Assembly: GCF_963921235.1 (NCBI RefSeq)
Contig: NC_086097.1
Coordinates: 193,628,001-193,692,000 of the forward strand
DNA length: 64,000 nt
DNA from: Mobula hypostoma
Lineage: Eukaryota
Direction: 5' to 3'
Shown: positions 1 through 12,223 of the stretch, piece after piece
How positions within the stretch are numbered: the stretch's first letter is position 1
How the letters are laid out: each line of letters opens with the position of its first letter
Notes under the pieces: model-generated
The model's input: only the letters and a program-made list of their open reading frames with translations
Told to the model about the DNA's origin: nothing
Databases searched by the model: none
Position numbers and translations under genes: made by a program

Positions 1-3000
1 CTCCTCCTTGGGTACAAGACATAGAGCTGGGTCTCTTCTGAGACACAGGACATGGGCTAACAACAAATTGACCTTTTGTAACTGTTGTTGTAATTGCGCA
101 ATTTTTTTTTCAGGAACTGATACATTTGAACTTCGAGTCACTTTCTTGAATTCTGTGAGATGCATTCTGGGCGGGATTCCAGTGGGGGATTCTGACTAGC
201 AAGAGTTCGGGATACAGTGTTTGTTTCTGCTGGTTCTATGTTTGGCTAGATTGTACTGTCACAAGTGCAGAGCACGGGTGGACCCAAAAGAAGGCCAAAT
301 ACATGTTTTGTAGCATTAACAAGAATAGAGTTGACTAGTCATTGGTAGGAAAGCAGGGAAGCAAGGATTGTTCAGAGGGTGATCAAGTTTTGAGCAAAGC
401 AGAAGCAGGAATAAGCGTGGCTAGACTCGTACTTGGACTTGGAACGTGGAACTCGGGACAAGGGCTTGGAATTCGGGAGCCATACATGGAACTTGGAACA
501 CGGGACCCGAACCTGGAAAATGGAAAATCAGTGCCTGGACTTGGAACTGGGAACTTCAGAGCCTGGACATGGAACTCAGGACCCGGACTTAGAACTCTGG
601 GCCAGGACTTGGAACTCGGATGTTGGAACTCGGGACCCAGACTTCCTACTCGGAACTTGGAAGTCGGGACCCAGACTTGGAATTTGGAACCCGACTTGGA
701 ACTCAGAACATGGAACTCAGGACCCGGACACGGAACTCGGAACGTGGAATGTGGGACCCGGACTTGGAACTTGGAGCATCAGAACCTGGACATGGAATTC
801 AGAACATCAGAGTCTGGACTTGGTTCTCAGAAATTCAGAGCCTGGACTTCACTTAGACGAAGGACATGAACCACTGAGCTGGGCCTCCTCCTTGGGTACA
901 AGACATAGAGCCGGGTCTTTTCTGAGACATAGGACATGGGCTAACAACAAATTGACCTTTTGTAACTGTTGTTGTAATTGCGCAATTTTTTTTTCTGGAA
1001 CTCATACCTTCGAACTTCGAGTCACTTTCTTGAATTCTGTGAGATGCATTCTGGGCAGGATTCCAGTGGGGGATTCTGACCAGCGAGAGTTCAGGAAACA
1101 GTGTTGTTTCTGCTGGTTCCATGTTTGGCTAGATTGTTTTGTCACAAGTGCGGAGCACGGGTGAACCCAAAAGAAGTCCAAAAACACATTTTGTAGCATT
1201 ACCAAGAATAGAGTTGACTAATCATTGGTACGAAAGCAGGGAAGCAAGGATTGTTCAGAGGGTGATCAAGTTTTGAGCAAAGCAGAAGCAGGAATAGGCG
1301 TGGCTAGACTCGGACTTGGACTTGGAACGTGGAACTCGGAACTCAGGACCGGGACCTGGATCTCGGGACCCGCACATGGAACTCGGGACCCGGACTTGGA
1401 ACTTGGAACTTGGGACCCGTACCTGGAAATTGGAAAATCTGTGCCTGGACCTGGAACTGGGAGCTTTAGAGCCTGGAATTGGAACTCTAAACATCAGAGC
1501 CTGCTATGGAACTCGGGACTCGGACCTGGTACTTGAACTTGGAACTCGGGACCATGCCGTGCAACTCAGGACCCGGATTTAGAACTCGGAACTTGGAACT
1601 TGGAACTCGGGACCCGGACATAGAACTCGGAACATGGAACTCGAGACCCAGACTTGGGACATTGACCTGGACTTGGAACTCGGGACCCAGACTTGGAACT
1701 TGGATCTTGGGACCTGGACTTGCAACTTGGAACCCGGGATGCGGATTTGGAACATGGAACTTGGGTCCCAGACTTCTAATTTGGAACTCAAGAACTGGAA
1801 TTGGTCTTGGAACTCGGAGCTTGGGACCCAGACCTGGATCTTGGAAATTGGAACTCGGTTCCCAGACATGAACTCGGAACCTGGAACTTGGAACTTGGAA
1901 TTCGGGATCCAGACTTGGAACTCGGGACCCAGACCCGGAACTTAGATATTGGAATTCAGACCCGGACTTGGAAATCGGTACCCCGACTTGGAACTCGGAA
2001 CTTGGAACTCGGGTCCTGGACTTGGAATTCGGAACCAGACTTGGAACTCGGAACTTGGAACTCAGGATTCAGACCTAGAACTCGGAATGTGGAACTCGGG
2101 AACCCGGACAAGGAACTCGTAACTTGGAAGTCGGGACCCGGCCTTGGAACTTGGAATTGGGAACATCAGAGCCTGGAAATGGAACTCAGAACATCAGAGG
2201 CTGGACTTGGAACTGGGAACATCACTGCCTGTAATTTTCTTGCACACAGGAAATGGAAAACTGAGCTGGGCTTCCTCCTTTGGTACAGAACATAGAGCCT
2301 GGACTCTTCTTAGACACAGGACATGGGCTAACAACAAATTGACCTTTTGTAACTGTTGTTGTAATGGAGCAATTATTTTTTTTCTGAACCTGATACTTTC
2401 GATCTTCGAGCCACTTTCTTGAATTCTGTGAGATGCATTCTGGGCAGGATTCCAGTAGCAGGTTTTGACTAGCGAGAGTTCGGGAAACAGTGTTTGTGTC
2501 TGCTGGTTCTATGTTTGGCTGGATCGTTCTGTCACAAGTGCGTAGCACGGGTGGACCCAAAAGAAGGGCAAAAATACGTTTTGTAGCATTAACAAGAATA
2601 GAGTTTACTAATCATTAGTAGGAAAGCAGGGAAGCAAAGATTGTTCAGAGAGAGATCAAGGTGTGAGCAAAGCAGAAGCAGTAATAAGTGTAGCTCGACT
2701 CGTACTTGGACTTGGAACGTGGACCTCGGAACTCGGGGCCGGGACTTGGAACTCGGGACCCAGACTTGGAACTCGGGACTCGGGACCTGGACATGGAACT
2801 TGGAACTCGGGATGTGGATTTGGAACCTGGAACTCAGAACACTGACTTGAAACTTGGAACTCAAGACCCGGACTTGGAACTTGGGACCCCGACTTGTACT
2901 TGAAACATGGAACTCAGGACCCGAACTTGGAACTCGTGACCTGGACATTGAACTCGGACCTGGAACTCGGAACTTGGAATTTGGGACCCCACTTGGAACT

Positions 3001-6000
3001 CGGGACCTGGTCTTGGAACTCGGGACCCGGACTTGGAACTTGGGACCTGAATTTGCACTTGGAACTTGGAACTCAGGACCCAAACTCGGAACTCGGAACT
3101 TGGAACTTGGGACTTGGACATGGAATTCGGACCTGGAACTTGGAACTTGGAATTCAGGACCCGACTTGGAACTCGGGACCCGGTGTTGGAGCTCAGAACC
3201 TGGAACTTGGGACTCGGACTTGGAACTCGGGACCCGAACATGGAACTCGGACCTGGAACTCGGAACCTGGAATTCAGGACCCAACTTGGAACTCGGGACC
3301 CGGTGTTGGAGCTCAGAACCTGGAACTTGGGACCCGGACTTGGAACTCGGGACCCAGACCTGTAACCCCGAACATGGAACTCGGAACACGGAACTCGGGA
3401 CTCAAACATGGAACTCGGGACCCGGACCTGGAACTTGGCTCTTGGAATTCGGAACCCGACTTGGAACTCGAAACGTGGAACTCAAACCAGGACCTGGAAC
3501 TCGGAAAGTGGAACTCGGGACCCCGGACACGTAACTCGGAACTTGGAGGTCGGGACCCGGACTTGGAACTTGGAACTGGGATCATCAGAACCTGTAATTT
3601 TCTTAGGCACAGGAGATGGAAAACTGAGCTGGGTGTCCTCCTTTGGTACAGAACATAGAGCCGGGACTCTTATTAGACACAGTACATGGGCTAACAACAA
3701 ATTGTTCTGAGGGATCTCAAGGTGTGTGCATAGCAGAAGCAGGAATAAGAGTAGCTAGACTTGTACTTGGACTTGGAACGTGGAACTCGGAACTCGGGAC
3801 CCGCACATGGAACTTGGAACTCGGGACCCGGACGTGGAATTTGGAACTTGGGACCCGGACCTGGAAATTGGAAAATCAGTGCCTGGACTTGGAACTGGGA
3901 ACTTCAGGGTCTGGAAGTGGAACTCTGAATATCAGAGCCTGGACATGGAACTCGGGAGCCGGACTTGGAAATCGGAACTTGGAACTCAGGACCAGGTCTT
4001 GGAACTGGGGACCCAGACTTGGTACTCGGAACTTGGAATTCGGGACCAGGTCTTGGAACTCGGGACCCGGACTTGGAACTCGAAACTTCGAACTCGGGAC
4101 CTGGACTTGGAACACAGAACTTGGAATTCCGGACCTGGACTACGAACTCGGGACCCAGACTTGGTACTCAGAACTTGGAATTCGGGACCCGGACTTGGAA
4201 CTCAGGACCCAGACTTGGAACTCGGGACCCCGACTTGGAAATCGGAACTTGGAACTCGGGACCCAGACTTGGTACTCGGAACTTGGAACTCAGGACCAGG
4301 TCTTGGAACTCGGGACCCAGACTTGGTACTCGGAACTTGGAATTCGGGACCCGGACTTGGAACTCGAAACTTCGAACTCGGGACCTGGACTTGGAACACA
4401 GAACTTGGAATTCCGGACCTGGACTACGAACTCGGGATCCAGACTTGGTACTCAGAACTTGGAATTCGGGACCCGGACTTGGAACTCAGGACCCAGACTT
4501 GGAACTCGGGACCCCGACTTGGAACTCAGGACCCGGACTTGGAACTTGGGACACGGACCTGGAACTCGGATCTTGGAATTCAGGTCACGGAAGTGGAAAA
4601 ATGGAAATCAGGACACGGACTTGGAACTCGGAACTTGGAACTCGGGACCCAGACTCGGGTCCTGGTGTTATGTTTGGCTAGATTGTTCTGTCGCAAGTGC
4701 GGAGCACGGGTGGACCCAAATCAGGACACAACACGTTTTGTAACGTTAACAAAAATAGAGTTTATTAATTGTTACTAGGAAAGCAGGGAAGCAAGGATTG
4801 TTCAGAGGGAGCTCAAGGAGTGATCAAAGCATAAGTAGGAATAAGTGTGGCTAGACTCGGACTTGGACCTGGAACCTAGAACTCGGAACTTGGAACCCGG
4901 ACGTGGAACTCGGGACCCGGACTTGAAACTTGGAACTCGGAACCCGGACATGGAACTTGGAATTCGGGACGCGGATTTGGAACCTGGAACTCAGAGCACT
5001 GACTTGGAACTTGGAACTCAAGACCCGGAATTGGATCTCGGAACTTGGACCTCAGGACCTAGACTTGGAACTTGGAACTTGGAACTTGGGACCCAGACTT
5101 GGACTTGGAACTTGGAACTCGGGACCCGGACTTGGAACTCAGGACCCTGACATGGAACTCGGACCTGGAACTCGGAACTTGGAATTCAGGACCCCACTTG
5201 GAACTCGGGACTCGGACTTGGAACTCAGAATATGGAACTCAGGACCTGGAACTGGAACTTGGAATTCAGGACCCCACTTGGAACTTGGAACTTGGAACTC
5301 GGTACTTGGACCTGGAACTCGAAACTTGGAATTGGGGACCCCACTTCTAACTCGTGACCAGGACATGCAACTCAGAATTGGAACTCGGGACCTGGACTTG
5401 GAACTGGGAACATGGAACTTGGGATACGTACATGGAACTCGGGACCCGGACTTGGAACTCGGAACTTGGAACTCGGGACCCGGACCTGGAATTCGGAACA
5501 TGGAACTTGGGACACGGACATGGAACTCGGGACCTGGACATGGAACTCAGAACATGGAAGTCGGGACCTGTGCTTGGAACTGGGAACATCAGGGCCTGCA
5601 CATGGAACTCAGAACGTAAGAAGCTGGATTTGGAACTCAGAAATTCAGAGCCTGGACTTTACTTAGACAAAAGACATGAATCACTGAGCTGGGCCTCCTC
5701 CTTGGGTACAGGACATAGAGCCGGGTCTCTTCTTAGACACAGGACATGGGCTACCAACAAATTGACCTTTTGTAACTGTTGTTGTAATTGCGCAATTTTT
5801 TTTTCTGGAACTGATACCTTCGAATTTCAAATCACTTTCTTGAATTCTGTGAGATGCATTCTGGACAGAATTCCAGTGGGGGATTCTGCCTAGCGAGAGT
5901 TTGGGAAATAGTGTTTGTGTCTGCTGGTTCCATGTTTGGCTGGATCGTTCTGTCACAAGTGTGGAGCATGGGTGGACCCAAAAGAAGGCCAAAAACACGT

Positions 6001-9000
6001 TGTGTAGCATTAACAAGAATAGAGTTTACTAATCATTAGTAGGAAATCAGGGAAGCAAGAAGTGTTCAGAGGGAGATCAAGGTGTGAGCAAAGCAAAAGC
6101 AGTAATAAGTGTGGCTTGATTTGGACTTGGAACGTGGAACTCGGAACTCAGGACCGGGACCCGGAACTTGGGACCCGCACATGGAACTCAGAACTCGGGA
6201 CCAGGACTTGGAACTTGGGACCCGCACATGGAACTTGGAACTCGGAACCCGGACTTGGAACTTGGAACACGGGACCCGGACCTGGAAAATGGAAAATCAG
6301 TGCCTGGACTTGGAACTGGGAACTTCAGAGCCTGGACATGGAACTCGGGATCCAGACTTGGAACTCAGAACTTGGAACTCTGGGCCAGGACTTGGAACTC
6401 GGATGTTGGAACTCGGGACCCAGACTTCGTACTCGGAACCTGGATTTTGGGACCCAGACTTGGAACACGGGACTCGGAACGTGGAACTCGTGACGCGGAC
6501 CTGGAACTCGTAACATGGAAATTGTGACCCGGCCTTGAAACGCGGGACCCAGACTTGGAAGTTGGAAATCCGGACCTGGACTTGCAACTTGGAACTCGGG
6601 ACGCAGATTTGGAACATGGAATTCGGGACCCAGACTTGGAACTTGGAACTTGAGACCGGGAACTGGACTTGGAACTCGGAACTCAGGACCCGGACTTGGA
6701 CTCAGAACTTGGAACTCGGAACTCGGAATTTGGGACCCGGACTTGGAACTCGGGACCCGGACCTGGAACTCAGATCTTGGAATTCAGGACCGGGACTTGG
6801 AAATCGGGATCCAGACTTGGAACTCAGGTCCCGGACTTGGAACTCGGAACTTGGAATTCGGAACCCGACTTGGAACTCAGAACGTGGAACTCAGGACCTG
6901 CACACGGAACTCGGAACGTGGAACTCGGGACCCGGACGTAGACTCAGAACTTGGAATTTGGAACTTGGAATTTGGGACCCAGACATGGAACTCGGAACCC
7001 GAACCTGGAACTCGGATCTTGTAATTCGGACCCGGACTTGGAACTTGGAACTTGGAATTCTGAACCCGACTTGGAACTTGTAATGTGGATCTCAGGACCC
7101 AGACACGGAACTCAGAATGTGGAACTCGGGAACCGGACTTGGAACTTGGAATTGGGAACATCAGAGCCTGGACATGGAACTCTGAAATTCAGAGCCTGGA
7201 CTTTACTTAGACGAAGGACATGAATCACTGAGCTGGGCCTCCTCCATGGGTACAGGACATAGAGCCGAGTCTCTTCTGAGACACAGGACATGGGCGAACA
7301 ACAAATTGACCTTTTGTAACTGTTGTTGTAATTGCGCAATTTTTTTTTCTTAAACTGACAGCTTTGAACTTCAAGTCATCTTCTTGATTTCTGTGAGACG
7401 CATTCTGGGCAGGATTCCAGTGGGGGATTCTGACTGGCAAGAGTTTGGGAAACAATGTTTGTGTCTGCTGGTTCCATGTTTGGCTGGATCGTTCTGTCAC
7501 AAGTGTGGAGCATGGGTGGACCCAAAAGAAGGCCAAAAACACGTTTTGTAGCATTAACGAATAGAGTTGACTAATCACTGTTAAAAAAGCAGGGAAGCAA
7601 GGATTGTTCAGAGGGACATTAAGGACTGAGCAAAGCAGAAGGAGAAATAAGCGTGGCTAGCCTCATACTTGGACTTGGAACGTGGAACTCAGAATTCGGA
7701 CCAGGACTTGGAACTCGGGACATGCACATGGAACTTGGAACTCAGGACCCGGACTTGGAAATTGGAAAATCAGTGCCTGGACCTGGAACTGGGAACTGTA
7801 GAGCCTGGAATTGGAACTCTAAACATCAGACCCTGCCATGGAATTTGGGACCCAGACTTGGAACTCGGAACTTGGAACTCGGGACCAGGACGTGGAACTC
7901 AGGACCCGGATTTAGAAATCGGAACTTGGAATTCGGGACCCGGATTGGAACTTGGGACCCAGACATGGAACTGGGAACATGGAACTCGGGACCTGGACTT
8001 GGAACTCGGAACCCAGACTCTGAACTTGGAACACAAGACCCAGTCTTGGAACTTCAAACTCGGGAACTGGACTTGCAACTTGGAACTTGGGACGTAGATT
8101 TGGAACATGGAACTTGGGACCCAGACTTGGAACTTGGAACTTTGGACCTGGACATGGAACTTGGAACTCGGGACGCGAATTTGGAACCTGGAACTCAGAA
8201 CACTGACTTGGAACTTGGAACTCGAGACCCGGAATTGGACTTGGAACTTGGACCTCGGAACTTGGATCGCGGGACCCGGATTTGGAACTCGGAACTTGGA
8301 ACTTGGGACCCGGACTTGGACTTGGAACATGGAACTCGGGACCCGGACTTGGAACTTGGACCTGCAACTCAGAACTTGGAATTCAGGACCGCACTTGGAA
8401 CTCAGGACCCGGACTTAGAACTCGTAATTTAGAGCTCGGGACCTGGAACTGGAACTCGGAATTCAGGACGCCACTTGGAACTCGATACCCGGACTTCGAA
8501 CTCGGAACTTGGAATTGGGTACCCGACTTGGAACGTGTGACCAGGACATGCAACTCAGAATTGGAACTCAGGACCCGGACTTGGAACTCGGAGCTTAGAA
8601 CTCGGGACTCGGACCTGGAACTCAGAACATGGAACTCGGGACCCGGATTGGAACTTGGGACCCAGACATGGAACTGGAAACATGGAACTCGGGACCCAGA
8701 CTCTGAACTTGGAACTCGGGACCCAGTCTTGGAACATTAAACTCAGGACCTGGACTTGCAACTTGGAACATGGAACTTGGGACCAGGACATGGAACTCAG
8801 AACTTGGAAGTCAGGACCCATACTTGGAACTTGGAACTGGGAACATCAGAGCCCGGACATGGAACTCAGAATGTCAGAGGCTGGATTTGGTTCTCAGAAA
8901 TTCAGAGCCTGGACTTTTCTTAGATAAAAGACATGCATCATTGACCTGGGCCTCCTCCTTGGGTACAGGACATAGAGCCAGGTCTCTTCTTAGACACAGG

Positions 9001-12000
9001 ACATGGGCTAACAACAAATTGACCTTTTGTAACTGTTGTTGTAATTGCGCAATTTTTTTTTCTTAAACTGATACCTTCAACCTTCGAGTCACTTTCTTGA
9101 ATTCTGTGAGATACATTCTGGGCAGGATTCCAGTGCAGGATTCTGACTAGCAAGATTTCGGGATACAGTGTTTGTGTCTACTGGTTCCATGTTTGGCTAG
9201 ATCATTCTCTCACAAGTGCGGAGCACAGGTGGACCCAAAAGAAGGCCAAAAACTCGTTTGGTAGTATTAACAAGAATAGCGGTTACTAATCAATAGTAGG
9301 AAATCAGGGAAGCAAGGAATGTTCAGAATGAGATCAAGGTGTGAGCAAAGCAGAAGCAGTAATAAGTGTGGCTTGACTTAGACTTGGACTTGGAACATGG
9401 AACTCAGAACTCGGGAAAGGTATTTGGAACTTGGGACCCGCACATGGAACTTGGAACTCGGGACCCGGACTTGGAACTTGGAACACGGGACCCGGACCTG
9501 GAAAATGGAAAATTAGTGCCTGGACTTGGAACTGGGAACTTCAGAGCCTGGACATGGAACTCGGGACCCGGACTTGGAACTCAGAACTTGGAACTCTGGG
9601 CCAAGACTTGGAACTCGGGACCCGGACTTAGAACTTGGAACACGGGACCCGGACCTGGAAAATGGAAAATTAGTGCCTGGACTTGGAACTGGGAACTTCA
9701 GAGCCTGGACATGGAACTCGGGACCCGGGCTTGGAACTCAGAACTTGGAACTCTGGGCCAGGACTTGGAACTCGGGACGCAGACTTGGAACTCAGGACCC
9801 AGACTTGGAACACGGGATTCGGACTTGGAACTCAGAACGTGGAACTCAGGACCCGGACTTGGAACTCGGGACCCAGACCTGGAACTTGGAGATCGGGACC
9901 TGGTCTTTCAACTTGGAACTCGGGACACCGATTTGGAACATGGAATTCGGGACCCAGACTTGGAACTCGGGACCCGGACTTGGAACTTGGAACTTGGAAC
10001 GTCAAAGCCTGTACTTTCCTTGACGCAGGAAATGGAAAATGAGCTGGGCCTCCTCCTTTGGTACAGAGCATAGAGCTGGGACTCTTCTTAGACACAGGAC
10101 ATGGAGTAACAACAAATTGACCTTTTGTAACTGTTGTTGTAATTGCGCAATTTTTTTTTCTGAAACTGATACCTTTGAACTTCGAGTCACTTTCTTGAAT
10201 TCTGTGAGATACATTCTGGGCAGGATTCTGAATAGCGAGATTTCGGGATACAGTGTTTGTGTCTGCTGGTTCCATCTTTGGCTAGATCGTTCTGTCACAA
10301 GTGCAGAGCACGGGTGGACCCAAAGTCAGGACACAACACGTTTTGTAGCATTAACAAGAATAGAGTTTATTAATCGTTACTAGGATAGAAAGGAAGCAAG
10401 GATTGTTCAGAGGGAGATCAAGGAGGGAGCAAAGCAGAAGCAGGAATAAGCGTGGCTAGACTCGGACTTGGACTTGGAACCTCGAATTCGGAACTCAGGT
10501 CCCGGACTCGGAACTCGGTACTTGGAACTCGGGACCCGTACTTGGAACACGGAACCTGGAATTCACGACCCCACTTGGAACTTGGGACCCGGTCTTGGAA
10601 CCCGGAACTGAGAACTCGCTATTTGGAGCTCGGGACCCGACTTGGAACTCAGAACTTGAAACTCGGGACCTGGAATGAGAACTCAGAACATGGAATTCAG
10701 GACCCGGACTAGGAACTCAGGACCAGGATTTGGAACTCGGAACTCGGGACCCGGACTTGGAACTCGGAACTTGGATTTCGGGACCCGGACTTGGAACTCA
10801 GGGCTTGGGACTTGGGACCCAGACATGGAACTCGGGACCTGGATGTAGAACTCGGAACTTGGAACTCAGAACTCTGACCCGGATTGGAACTTGGGACCCA
10901 GTCCTGGAATTGGGAACATGGAACTCGGGACCCGGACATGGAACTCGGGACCAGTTCTTGGATCTTGGAACTCAGGGCCTAGACTTGGAACTTGGAACTC
11001 GGGAGCTGGACGTGCAACTTGGAACTCAGGACGCGGATTTGGAACTTGGAACTCGAAATCTGGAATTATACTTGGAACTCGGAACCTGGGACCCGTACCT
11101 GGAACTCGGAAATTGGAACTGGGGACATGGACTTGGACTTGGTACTTGGAAATCAGGACCCAGACTTGGAACTCGGGACCCAGACCTGGAACTTGGAACT
11201 TGGAATTCGGGACCCGTTCTTGGAACTTGGAACTCAGGACCTAGAATTGGAACTTGGAACTGGGGACCTGGATGTGCAACTTGGAACTCGGGACGTGGAT
11301 TTGGAACATGGAACTCGGGACCCTGACTTGGAACTAGGAACTCGAGACCTGGAATTGGACCTGGAACTCGGAACTCGGGACCCATACCTGGAACTCAGAA
11401 ATTGAAACTCGGGACCCGGACCTGGAACTCGGAACTTGGAATTCCAGACCCGGTCTTGGAAATCGAGACCTGGTCTTGTAACTCGGAACTTGGAACTTGG
11501 GACCCGGACCTGGAACTCGGAACGTGGAACTCGGGACCCCAGACACAGAACTCGGAACTTGGAAGTCGGGACCCGGACTTGGAACTTGGAATTGGGAACC
11601 TCAGAGCCTGGACTTGGAGCTCGGAACATCAGAGCCTGTACTTTTCTTGATGCAGGAAATGGAAAACTGAGCTGGGCCTCCTCCTTTGGTACAGAACATA
11701 GAGCCGGGACTCTTCTTAGACACAGGACCTGGGCTAACAACAAATTCACCTTTTGTATATTGACTGTACCTCTTCCTAGAGATGTTGCCTGACCTGCTGC
11801 ATTCACCAGCAACTTTGATGTATGTTGCTTGGACCTTTTGTAACTGTTGTTGTAATTGCACAATTTTTTTTCTGAAACTGATACCTTCGAACTTCGAGTC
11901 ACTTTCTTGAGTTCTGTGAGATGCATTCTGGGCGGGATTCCCATGCAGGATTCTGACTAGCGTGATTTCGGGATGAAGTGTTTGTGTCTGCTGGTACCAT

Positions 12001-12223
12001 GTTTGGCTAGATCATTCTGTCACAAGTGCGGAGCATGGGTGGACCCAAAATCAGGACACAAACGCATTTTGTAGCATTAACAAGAATAGAGTTTATTAAT
12101 CGTTACTAGGAAGGCAAGGAAGCAAGGATTGTTCAGAGGGAGATCAAGGAGTGAGCAAAGCAGAAGCAGGAATAAGTGTGGCTAGACTCGGACTTGGATG
12201 TGGAACCTGGAACCCGGAACTGA
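1..12223 (-). repeat. Compound macrosatellite: ten conserved ~430-bp cores (Gypsy LTR end + PBS + gag start, minus strand) alternating with variable GGAACTC/GGAACTT/GGACCCGGACTT arrays; open at the left edge
   Basis: The landmark TGTCACAAGTG or a 1-nt variant occurs at 257, 1140, 2530, 4689, 5951, 7495, 9208, 10293 and 12018, plus an internally deleted core at ~3625-3765. Spacing between adjacent complete landmarks is ~0.9-1.7 kb. Confidence 0.95.
11758..11832 (+). mobile_element. Short Penelope-derived terminal fragment inserted in the last satellite core
   Basis: GACTGTACCTCTTCCTAGAGATGTTGCCTGACCTGCTGCATTCACCAGCAACTTTGAT matches the element at 53352-53542. It is flanked by ACCTTTTGTA at 11748-11757 and 11833-11842 and is absent from the other cores. 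Confidence 0.85.

Noticed and set aside
8..199. Cys-rich small peptide (FCNCCCNC) repeated in the cores
   Set aside because: This is the antisense reading of an ACAACAACA tract in the gag-like strand. The ORF has no true ATG start and its stop position varies among units.
342..11792. Many long overlapping ORFs (LELGTRDPD, WNSGPGLGT, VPSSKSGS types) as a repetitive protein gene
   Set aside because: They are open in several frames on both strands because the heptamer lacks stop codons. Frames and stops are not conserved between units, and there is no exon structure.
1..12223. CRISPR-like repeat-spacer array
   Set aside because: The cores are ~430 bp, the spacers are heptamer satellite rather than unique sequence, the context is vertebrate and there are no cas genes.
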